Assembly (NCBI RefSeq): GCF_006345805.1 | Contig: NC_043010.1 | Coordinates: 64,108,001-64,172,000, forward strand | Length of the DNA stretch: 64,000 nt | Direction of reading: 5' to 3' | DNA from: Octopus sinensis | Lineage: Eukaryota | Shown here: positions 49,904-60,587 of the stretch, piece by piece | Numbering within the stretch: the stretch's first letter is position 1 | Layout of the letters: the number at the start of each line of letters is the position of its first letter | Position numbers and translations under genes: made by a program | Notes under the pieces: generated by a model | Seen by the model: the letters and a program-made list of their open reading frames with translations, nothing else | Told to the model about the DNA's origin: nothing | Databases searched by the model: none

Positions 49904-51216
49904 TACATGTGTATGTGTGCGTATGTGTGTATGTGCACATATCTGAGATCGTATGCATGTTGCAGGAAATGAATTTATATACCTCACAGAAAACAACTAG
50001 CAGTGATTCGTAACCATGTTTTTCAGTTTGCAATTTCAAAATTGATCACGGTGCATGTGTTTCTGACGAAGCAGCTCTCAAGAAAAATTGCTTGGAAAAA
50101 TGTTCAAGAAAAATCGGTAACTATTCTATAGTATTTTATAAACTTATATTCTACAGTATTTTCCAAATACGTTTCTTGTTAGCTTATGTTCAGACGTAAT
50201 ACAACAAACCACTGAAGGGGCTTCGATTATAATAATATATACGCATTTGTATATACACACACATGCACTTATATACATAGACTTATCAGACCTGCCTCTG
50301 ACTAGGAGGTGTATTGACTCACCTATAATGCCAAGTGCAATAATGGATGTGAAGTCAATGGTAACTTTCTGATCGGCCATAACCAAACCTACCAACCTAC
50401 ATACCTGCAACTTGGTGCCCCCCAAGATGACTTATATGAAACATCTTTAAATGTCTTTTCCAGTTAGACATGGCCTGGGCCGAAGTTGGTTGAAAATTTT
50501 CTAAGTTTCTAAGTATATATACATATGTATGTGTGTGTGTGTGTGTGTGTGCGCGCGCGCGAGTAATTGTGTGTGTATGTATATGTGGTTCAGTTGTAAG
50601 CCGCCTGGATTAGCTGGATACATAGTATCGGACATAAAAGTTGAAACAGCCTACAGTTGTCCTTTACTGTAAGCATATCTATCTATCTATCTATCTAACA
50701 ATATTGACCGAGGTTACCGTGGTCTTTTTCGTAGGCTTTTCTTCCCACGGATAAACCTCATCTGCTTCCCCCCTTTACACTGTACATCATGACACTGTGA
50801 TACACGATCCCTATTGATCGTTTTTTTTTCCTGTTCCCCTTTTTTCTTCTCTTTTCCTTTTTCTTTTCTTCTGTTTCTTTTTTTCTCCTTTTTTTCCCCT
50901 TTCACGATCCCTTTTGATCGAAAACCTACGCCACTTTTTTTTTGTTTCTCTTGTTTTTTTTTTCATACCCCAAAAGAAAAGCTCTACCTTGTAATTTGTC
51001 CCATCTGTGTGCAGCCCTGTGTGGCCAATAAAGAAACTTATCTATCTATCTATCTATCTACCTATCTATCATCTATCTATCTATCTATCTATCTATTGTA
51101 TTTTGTATTTTATGTGTAGATGTATATATATAGATGTACCATGTAATATGTACCATATATATACACATAATACATGCACTAGCACTATGACCCGGCAACG
51201 ACGGTCTTTATGCTAG

Positions 51217-51289
<73 letters not shown>

Positions 51290-51302
<13 letters not shown>

Positions 51303-51790
51303 TGAGAATGTGTGTCTGTCTGTCTGTGGTGTTTTTCCCTAAAACTTGAGAACTACACAACCAATTTCATTCAAATTTTACACATGCCTTACTTAGGGTC
51401 CATGTAGTGCCTTGGGTAAAAAACTTCTAACTTCTTGCCTAGGACGAGCCTACAACAATATCATATCTTCTCCACTATTTCAGTATTACGTGTTAAAAGT
51501 GAAACAAAAACATCTCTCTATTGAAATGTCAGATACTTTCACTTTAATACTGAAACTATTAAAGTCATATTATTATATAAGAAGGATGAACCATTAACAG
51601 TGGACATCCATTTTGCTAAAAGAAGATCCGCTATGGTCTTGTATACTACACCACTGGTTTTCAATTGATATCAATCAAATTAATATTCAATTTCTCCCCC
51701 TTATTATTTTAAATTTAAATTTAAACCCAGAACCATGTGTTTTGGAACGAAGTTTGTTACCACACAGCCACACCTGCACCTATGTATGTG
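51290..51790 (+). mobile_element. possible Helitron-like non-autonomous element, 5' part
   Basis: TATATAAAACTGAGAATGTGTGTCTGTCTGTC...CAACCAATTTCATTCAAATTTTACAC resembles the 5' body of 43408; no clear 3' terminus. Confidence 0.4.
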
Positions 51791-51943
51791 TGTGCGTATG
51801 TGTGTATTGCTGTGTATAGCTGTATATGTATAACATTTATTTCTATACATAAAGCTGTATATGTATATATGTAATATATAATGTGTATGTATATATATAT
51901 ATATATAATATATATATATATAATATATATATATTATATAATA

Positions 51944-51995
<52 letters not shown>

Positions 51996-52065
51996 TGTAC
52001 ACTATATATTCACGTTATATACATGCATACATATATACCAACCCATACACACATATACACACACA

Positions 52066-52680
52066 GGTGCAGGTGTAGCTGTGTGGTAACAACTTCGTTC
52101 CAAAACATATGGTCCTCAGTTCAGTCCCACTGTGTGGTGACTTGGCATGTGTCTTCTGCTATAGCCTCAGACCAACCAAGCCTTGTCAGTGGATTTTGTA
52201 GACAGAAACTGAAAGAAATCGATCGTATATATATGTATCTATATATGTAAGTCTGTCTTTGTGTTTCTCCCAAATCACTGCCTCTCAACTGGTATTCGTT
52301 TATTTACATCCCCATAACTTACTGGTTTCACAAGAAGAAGCTGACTGAATAAGTACCAGGCTTATCAAAATAAAAAAACCCACTAGGCAGTATCTCATAT
52401 TTTTGTTTGCCCGCACAATTTATCTTTGTGTGTGTGTACACACACACACACATATGTAGATTTCGTAGACAGAAACTTAAAGAACTCAATCGTATATATA
52501 TGTATGTATATATTTAAGTGTATGTGTGTGTGGACTTTGTTTCTGTGTTTCACCCCTCATCACTGCTTCACAACTGCTCTTCGTTATTTACATCCCATAA
52601 CTTACTGGTTTCAAAAAGAAGAAACTAATAGAATAAGTACCAGGCTTATCAACATAAAAAAGCCTAGGCTGCTGTGTCTC
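52066..52680 (+). mobile_element. two degenerate SINE family B copies in tandem, the second headless
   Basis: GGTGCAGGTGTAGCTGTGTGG...CAGTTCAGTCCCACTG...; the GACAGAAACT...AATAAGTACCAGGCTTATC block is repeated. Confidence 0.7.
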
Positions 52681-53479
52681 ATATTTTTGTTTTGCCCACT
52701 CAGTTGTATCTATCAATTTATTTGTGTGTGGGGGGATATTATACACACACACCACATGCACGCACACACCACGCACGTACGCACATATATATAGATATAT
52801 ATATATATACATGTATGTATACGTGTACATTCATATTTATTAATCAAAGACAATTCTTTATGTGTTCGTGTATTACTTATACATTCGAAAACTGCTGCAG
52901 CACCGATCATAAATGTAATTTGGAACACAAATCCAAACCTAGGAGAAGGGTAATGCTGTAATTTCATGGACCAAAATTACTGAATGGATCCTTATGATTT
53001 TGAAACTTAGATTCAATGCATAAGGGCGGGTATAATGGAATATGTTTGGTTTGAATTTCAGATGGCTTAAAGGGGGAAGAACCCCAAAGAAATTCATAAA
53101 TTTTCGAGTTGATGAAATTTCAACCATGGTTTTGACACACATCAAGAATATTCTTAAACTTTCCACTTCACACGAGGATTCTAAGGACACCCAAATGGGG
53201 GCCTTAACCCCCAAATTTTAGTCCATTTCTTTCATGATCCAAAACTAAGTCAAAGTACTGAATGGATTCTTTACGAATTTGGAATTATATTCTATGCATA
53301 AGGGCCACAACCCCCATGACATGCATATATTTTGCTGTTGATGAAATTTTAACCATAGATATTAGATACAAATAAGTAATATTAATAAAATTTTCATCTT
53401 CTTACAAAGTTAGAAAGACCCCCTCCATGGGGACTTAACCCATACATATTTTTGTCATTTTATCTAAGCGAAGACGAAT

Positions 53480-53980
53480 AGTTGTAGTCTTGGAAGCTGT
53501 GGGGTCATCCGAGCATAGAAGATGCGCATTATTTTGTAATTCAATGGTACAACAGTGTAAGAATTTGCTTTGACATACACTTAGATTGTGATTTCTTTCT
53601 GCAATGTGCTGCATAAATTGTCAATAAATGAGAGCATCTTTGCCTCCACTGATTCAGTTGCAAAGTGTTGAGTAAAGTTATTTGATTGCAGATCTACTTT
53701 CATTCACAGCCTTTTATTATCACTGGATCACACATAGTCTCCAGATGGTACATTGAATTTCAAGGCCTTCCAGATGAGTGACTGGTTATTCAAAGACATT
53801 TATAGATGGTAAATTTATTCTGTCCATTTTTCATCTCAGATAGTGGTCATTTGCTACTGCAACTTTCTTTCTCATTCTCTTAGCCCTCACGTCAGACAGT
53901 TGTTAATGTTGATTTCAGTTGGGTCACGCCCTTCCAATGCTATAAATTCGTAATGCATCTTACTGCTGTGCCGTCACCTG
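53480..53980 (-). mobile_element. possible decayed LINE ORF2 inter-domain fragment
   Basis: NQSLIWKALKFNVP and NNFTQHFAT in one minus frame with many stops. Confidence 0.3.
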
Positions 53981-54064
53981 GATGGTGAGGAATATATATA
54001 TATATCGTTTGTAGAAATATATATATCCGGAGGAGAAGCAGACTCTAAGATGTAGAGCAGTTAA

Positions 54065-54224
54065 TATTATAGTGGGGAAGGCTGGTTTACGGGGTTGCCT
54101 GGGTTTCTTGCTCATAAGGGGTTTAGCCTTACGGCGTATCTTCAGATCCCACGCCGTAAGGCTAAACCCGTTGTGAGCAAGAAACCCTGGGTAACCCCAT
54201 AAACCGGCCTACACTACTATAATA
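54065..54224. repeat. GC-rich hairpin: ~73-bp imperfect arms and 13-nt loop (MITE-like or hairpin RNA)
   Basis: TATTATAGTG...GGTTTAGCCTTACGGCGT-ATCTTCAGATCCC-ACGCCGTAAGGCTAAACC...CTATAATA. Confidence 0.9.
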
Positions 54225-54226
54225 CC

Positions 54227-54258
<32 letters not shown>

Positions 54259-54455
54259 TAAACAGTTATGTGTATATATGTTTGAAATGGTTAATCGAAA
54301 GTGCACACACACTAGAAAAAAGCTTCTTCTTAGAAAAGGTTAGTAATATCCTGATAAAAGATTTTATAACATTAAAAAAAAATGATTTTCTTAAAGAAAC
54401 ACTTTTACACTTCAAAAGTTAATTTAGACTTTCAAATATATGTATACATGTAATA

Positions 54456-54659
54456 CGGTGAGCTGGCAGAAACGTTAGCACGCCGGGTGACATTGCTTAT
54501 CGTGTATTTAATCTGTCTTTACGTTTGAGTTCAAATTCCGCCGAAGTCGACTCATCCTTTCGGGGTCGATAAATTAAGTAACAGTTGTGTACTGGGGACG
54601 GTCTAATCGACTGGCCTTCTCCCTCCAAATTTCGGGCCTTGTGCCTAGAGTAGAAAAGA
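54456..54659 (+). mobile_element. SINE family A
   Basis: CGGTGAGCTGGCAGAAACGTTAGCACG...GAGTTCAAATTCC...GCCTTGTGCCTAGAGTAGAAAAGA. Confidence 0.9.
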
Positions 54660-55003
54660 ATATATGCATATATGTGTTTACATTTTCAAAAATATATAAA
54701 GCGCCCAGGCACTGAGGGGGGGGGGGAGAAGCTTCTTCCCACCAGAATGTGTATCATCGTCATAAAACATTAAAAAAGGAAATGACCTTTACACAACAAA
54801 AACTGTATTAAGTATTCCCGATAGACTTTCGTTTTTGCATTTGGTTTGCAAAATTCCTTATGCGAATTCGTGTGTTTAAGCATATTTTAGTTTCTGGGGA
54901 GAGTCATTCTATGTTAATGCCTCTTTATTTACTTATTTATTATTCTTTTCTAAACGTTTCGTTACTTCTTGCAAATTCTGCAATAGTCAGACACAATAAT
55001 ACA

Positions 55004-55039
<36 letters not shown>

Positions 55040-55241
55040 TTATATATATACAAGATATACAGACAGATAACGGCTATTGGTGTATGTATATATGAGTGTG
55101 TCTGTATGTTTGTGTATGTGTGTGTGTGATAATATGCATATATGTATATATACACAAATATAAAAATATATCGTACATATACATACATACGTACATATAA
55201 ACATACACCCACACAGAGATAGATAGATATGTATAAGCATG

Positions 55242-55283
<42 letters not shown>

Positions 55284-55286
<3 letters not shown>

Positions 55287-55334
55287 TGGATTTGGTAGAC
55301 GGAAACTGAAAGAAGCCTGTCGTATATATATATA

Positions 55335-55395
<61 letters not shown>

Positions 55396-55618
55396 ATATA
55401 TAGATATATATATGTATATATATGTGTGTCTGTGTTTGTCCCCCCCAACATCACTTGACAACCGATGCTGGTATGTTTACGTCCCCGTTACTTAGCGGTT
55501 CGGCAAAAGAGATCGATAGAATAAGTACTAGGCTTACAAAGAATAAGACCTGGGGTCGATTTGCTCGACTAAAAGGCGGTGCTCCAGCATGGCCGCAGTC
55601 AAATGACTGAAACAAGTA

Positions 55619-55620
<2 letters not shown>
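55284..55620 (+). mobile_element. SINE family B, headless, with expanded internal (TA)n
   Basis: Begins at GAGTGGATTTGGTAGACGGAAACTG and ends GACTGAAACAAGTAAA. Confidence 0.88.
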
Positions 55621-55653
<33 letters not shown>

Positions 55654-55664
55654 GTAATGTATAT

Positions 55665-56422
55665 AGGAAGACCTGGGATGAAGTGGTGAAGCACGACCTT
55701 CGTACATTAGGCCTCACCAAGGAAATGACTAGCGACCGAGACTTTTGGAAATATGCTGTATTTGAGAAGACCTGGCAAGCCAAATGAGACCATAACCTGT
55801 GGCCTATGACAGGAGCGTAACCAGCCCGCTTATGCGTACCTTTTCCTTCTTAGGTCACTAAACTCTGCTTGCGAAGACCTGTTGAGGCAAGTGAAATCAA
55901 AATCAAAATCAAATTCGATGACTGGCATCCGTGCTAGCGGGGTGCAAAGAGCACCATACGAGTGTGATCGTTGACAGAGCGGCTAACCGGCTTCCGTGCG
56001 AGTGGCACATAAAGGGCACCATCGAGTATGACCGTTACCAGCGTCGCCTTACTGGCACTTGTGCCTGTGCTAGTAGGGTTCCAAGAGTACCATCCGAGCG
56101 TAATCGTTGCCAGAGCAGCCAAGTGGCTTCCATACCCGTGGCACGTAAAAAGGCACCATTCGAGCGTGACCGTTACCAACGTTGCCTTACTGGCACCTGT
56201 ACCGGTGGCATGTGTAAAAAGATTCGAGCGAGGTCATTTCCAGTACCGCGTGACTGGGCCCGTGCCGGTGGCATGTAAAAAGCACCCACTACACTCTTGG
56301 AGTGGTTGGCGTTAAGAAGGGTATCCAGCTGTAGAAAGATTGGAGCCTGGTGCAGCCATCTGATTCGCCAGCCCTCAGTCAAAATCGCCCAACCCATGCT
56401 AGCATGGAAAGCGGCCGTTAAT
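55665..56422 (+). mobile_element. 5'-truncated RTE copy (ORF end and modular 3' UTR), same family as 60588-64000
   Basis: GGAAGACCTGGGATGAAGTGGTGAAGCACGACCTTCG matches 63605 onward. The 3' UTR is built of repeated GGTGGCACGTAAAAAGCACC...CGAGCGTGACCGTT modules and ends CCCATGCTAGCATGGAAAGCGG. Confidence 0.88.
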
Positions 56423-56659
56423 GATATATATATCACAGTCTTTGTGTGTACATCTGTGTGGAGTGTGTGTGTATGAAGTGTGTGTATGTGAAGTGTGTTT
56501 GTTTATGTGTGTGTGTAAACAAATAAACATTACATTTGTATAAAAGTTAAGTACATTTTCGTTCATCTTTTCAGTATCTGCGGGATATAGACATTGTTAC
56601 ATGTATATATATATATATATATTTTCTCTAGTTTCAGCTCAGAGCTGCGGCCATGCTGA

Positions 56660-58400
56660 TGCACCGCCGTTTTGTGCTACACTGTTATTGCGAAAAACCT
56701 CGTCTAATATGTGGCACTTGGTGAAGAATGGAGTTTGATATAGCTACTCTCATTTGCACCTCTTGCCGTGAGGTAGGTTCATCTGGGACTCTCGACAGGA
56801 AGATGTCCAGCTTTGATTTAAAAACTGCTATATCTACTTTGTGCAAGTTCCTCAGACTCTTTGGGAGAATATTAAAAAGCTGTGGGCCCTTGAAACCCAG
56901 GCTGTTGCAGAAGCTGGTCCTGAAGCGTGATGGCATTGCTGGGATCTTTGGCACTATGCAGTGTCGTCCCGTTCTAGCATTGGTATAGCTTACAATGCCA
57001 AAATTTGGCACAATTCCTTCCAGGATCTTCCAGACATATATTACTGCATACCTCTCCCGTCTTCTCTCCAGGGAGTAGAGTCTTAGCTGTTTCAACCTTT
57101 CCCAGTATCTGAGCTGTTGCAAAGAGACGATCTTCTTTGTGAATCTTCTCTGGATTGCTTCAAGGTCCGCTGTTAATTTTACACTGGTGGGTGACCATAG
57201 CTGTGAGCAGTAATCCAGGCGGCTGAGGACGAATGTCCGCCAGAGGACCATCATGATTTCCTTATCTCTGGTTCTGAATGTTCTTAGGATCCACCCAGCC
57301 AGTCGTCTGCACTTTGTCGCCATCCTGGTAATGTGCACTTGGAAAGAGGTACTACCACTCATGTCGATACCCAGGCCCCTCACAGACTTAGGCTCTGGGA
57401 TTGAAATTCTCTGTGGACCGGTGTTTCCTGTAAGTTTAATATTCAGTTTTGGATGCTGGTAGCGCAGGGCCTGGAATTTTTCAGCATTAAACTGCATATT
57501 ATTATCCTCAGCCCATCTGTAGATTGAGTCCAACTCCTGCTGCAGGTGTGCAACATCGCTGGGGTTCTGTATTTTCTGAGAGACTTTCGTATCATCTGCA
57601 TAGCTGGCCAGAGTGGTTATCCGGGCATTTGAGGGCATATCTGAGAGGGCCACTATAAAAAGCAGTGGTCCCAAGACAGTGCCCTGTGGAACACTGCTCA
57701 CTATTTGTGTGTTCATAGAGGTGGCTCCATTAACCACTACTGCCTGACTCCTATCTTTCAGAAAGTCATGTAACCACACTCCAAGTTTTCCAGCTATGCC
57801 GAGGTCACGCAGTTTGTGGCATATCATACCATGATCCACCTTGTCAAAAGCTTTTGCAAAATCAAGGTAGATTTGTTGAGTAACTACCTCAACACCCAGT
57901 CATAATGTTGTAAGAGCTGGGTCAGCCAGCTCCTACCTGGTCGAAAACCATGCTGGGTATCACTCAGCAAGTTATTTTCCTCAAGGAATGCGATTAGTTT
58001 CTTTCTGACTATCCGTTCCATGACTTTGCTGATGTGTGAAGTCAGAGAGATAGGCCTATAGTTTTTGGCATCTGCTCTACTTCCCCCTTTATGTATTGGG
58101 CATATTATTCCCTCCTTCAGCTTGCTTGGCAGTTTGCCATTCGCAAGAAATCTCTGGAAGAGAATCTTGAGGGGTTTTGCCAGGGCATGCTTACACGCTT
58201 TGAGGAGGATGGCTGGGAAACAATCTGGACGAGCAGCTGAGTTTGTGTCCACTTCATCTATGGCTAGTAGGACATTTTTTTCACTAATGTCAATACATTC
58301 TATTGTAACCGCCTCGCTGGTTATAGGTGAGGCGGCAAAGAAGTCCACTGGTTCGTTCACTTGTCTGTGTTCCAACGGGGTGGTAAAGACACTTTTGAAC
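56660..58400 (-). mobile_element. CR1-group LINE, 5'-truncated RT pseudogene
   Basis: [18 protein letters not shown]...QHGFRPGRS, a frameshift or deletion near 57870, then VPQGTVLGPLLF, ASYADDTK and LRLYSLERRRERY; begins at (TA)n. Confidence 0.95.
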
Positions 58401-58401
58401 T

Positions 58402-58406
58402 GTATA

Positions 58407-58499
<93 letters not shown>

Positions 58500-58508
58500 A
58501 TATATGTA

Positions 58509-58574
<66 letters not shown>

Positions 58575-58780
58575 CATATATATATATATATATACATACA
58601 TACATATATATATACATACATATATATATATATATATACACATATATATATATATATACATACGCACACGCACACATATATATGTACGTATGTATGTACA
58701 CATATATATATACACGCACATACACATACGCACAAACTAACAAACATGAAATTTTAATTACATATATATATATACACACA
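58402..58780. repeat. (TA)n/(CA)n microsatellite
   Basis: Seen directly in the sequence. Confidence 0.95.
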
Positions 58781-58849
58781 CAAGGCTTCAATGGCACCTA
58801 TTTTCCGCTTCGCGCGCTCGTGCTCTTTCCAATACTTGCACCATAACAT

Positions 58850-59015
58850 CCTCAAGAATTTCAGAGCCCACTTCTCCGATTTCTCTATTGATGTTCTCCT
58901 TCAGTAGCAGCAGTGTCTCTCTCTTTCAGGTATCCCCAGAAGAAAAAATCCGGTTAGTCAAGTCGGGGGAACGTGAAGGCCATTGAAAGTAGACCTTACA
59001 CATGGTTCCAGCAAG
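58850..59015 (-). mobile_element. Tc1/mariner transposase C-terminal fragment
   Basis: QWPSRSPDLTN..FF.WGYLK-like segment (CAATGGCCTTCACGTTCCCCCGACTTGACTAACC on the minus strand). Confidence 0.65.
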
Positions 59016-59019
59016 ATGG

Positions 59020-59360
59020 GGCAAGGAAAGTTCCGTGGATGGGGTGAAAGGGAGGAGGGGGAACTTCCTGGAAAGTTCCGAGGAGGGGGTGAAGAACCCC
59101 CTGGAAAGTTCCGAGATGCCGTGAAGGGGAAGGAGAACTTCCTGGAAAGTTCCGAGGAGGGGGTTAAGACGAGGGAGAACTTTCTGTAAAATTCCGAGCA
59201 GAGGAACTTCCTGGAAATTGCCGAGGGGGACTTTCTGGAAAATTAGGAGGGGAATGAAGGGGAGGGAGAACATCCTGGAATGTTCCGTGGATGGGAGTGA
59301 AGGGGAAGAAGGAGGAGGTAGAACGTCCTGGAAAGTTTTGAGGAGGGGGACCCTCTGTAA
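59020..59360. repeat. degenerate modular repeat around GAACTTCCTGGAAAGTTCCG with purine-rich spacers, about 9 modules
   Basis: Seen directly; spacing is variable. Confidence 0.8.
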
Positions 59361-59609
59361 ATCCCAAATTTTATTTAATTTGGTTTGCGGGTGCGACTGT
59401 TTTGACGAAGACGCATCTTGTCCTAAAGCGTGTACAACTGATGAAGGAATCGTTCTTTATGTTGCATGTCTCGTTTTACTATTTGTTTCTTTCGTTGTTC
59501 GCAAAAACAAGTTCGTTTTCCATGTTTTTGCATTTCATGTTCTCGTTTTTCATGTTGTTTACGTTTTTGACGTCCTGTGTATATGGATATATATGTAAGT
59601 ACATGTATA

Positions 59610-60012
59610 GGCGCAGGAGTGGCTGTGTGGTAAGTAGCTTGCTAACCAACCACATGGTTCCGGGTTCAGTCCCACTGCGTGGCATCTTGGGCAAGTGTCT
59701 TCTGCTATAGCCCCGGGCCGACCAATGCCTTGTGAGTGGATTTGGTAGACGGAAACTGAAAGAAGCCTGTCGTATATATGTATATATATATATGTGTGTG
59801 TGTGTGTTTGTGTTTGTCCCCCTAGCATTGCTTGACAACCGATGCTGGTGTGCTTACGTCCCCGTCACTTAGCGGTTCGGCAAATGAGACCGATAGAATA
59901 AGTACTGGGCTTACAAAGAATAAGTCCCGAGGTCGATTTGCTCGACTAAAGGCGGTGCTCCAGCATGGCCGCAGTCAAATGACTGAAACAAGTAAAAGAG
60001 TAAAAGAGTAAA
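59610..60012 (+). mobile_element. SINE family B, full length
   Basis: Near-identical to 47513-47901; (TAAAAGAG)n tail. Confidence 0.93.
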
Positions 60013-60587
60013 GAGTATGTATGTATGAATATGCATTATTTATATTATTATATGATCAAACGCCACGCATCCGTCTCCAAGTAAGTTTTATATATATATA
60101 TACGTATTACTATTCTTTTCTCCTGGCTGTAACACACGAAACACGAACCTCAGGATGAAAAATACCAGCTAAGATATTTTTAAGTTTCCGACCTGTTTCC
60201 TCCTTTCATTGTTTTTTTTTTTGCAAGTATTATCACCATCAAACCTTATTGTTTCCCCTTTTATTATCGTTGTCTTTCGTCTCAAATGCTAGCTGAAGCA
60301 TTTCTCCACAACATATAAACTTTCACTCATAGAAACTTATTCACACGACCGCAAAGCATTTCGTCTCAAATCTTGTCTTTCTGTCGCTTAAATCGCTACC
60401 CCATCTTTCCCAGTGCGCGGTGCGCCCGCCCTCCCCACCTGTACCGGAAGTCCTTATCTCATCTTGTCTTCCTTTGCTTTTCTTCCATGAACACCTAAAG
60501 GCCTTAAGCCAATACCACCCCTACTATATAAGGTGGTGACCATACGGCGCAAAACATGATAGTGTGGTGTAGCAGGTTGAACTTAAG

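Noticed and set aside
54065-54224. CACTA/EnSpm element
   Set aside because: The CACTA and TAGTG motifs are in the wrong orientation for CACTA termini, and there is no 3-bp TSD.
59020-59360. Palindromic repeats with variable spacers resembling CRISPR
   Set aside because: The repeats are degenerate, the spacers are related purine-rich sequence of irregular length, and there are no cas genes.
59430-59480. CTGATGAAGGAATCG in a T-rich pseudo-LTR-like tail
   Set aside because: There is no GAAA box or cleavage triplet in register.
60405-60460. Possible HDV-like ribozyme upstream of the RTE ORF
   Set aside because: GGTGCG/TGTACC could form P1, but the intervening C-rich 15 nt cannot form P2 and P3.
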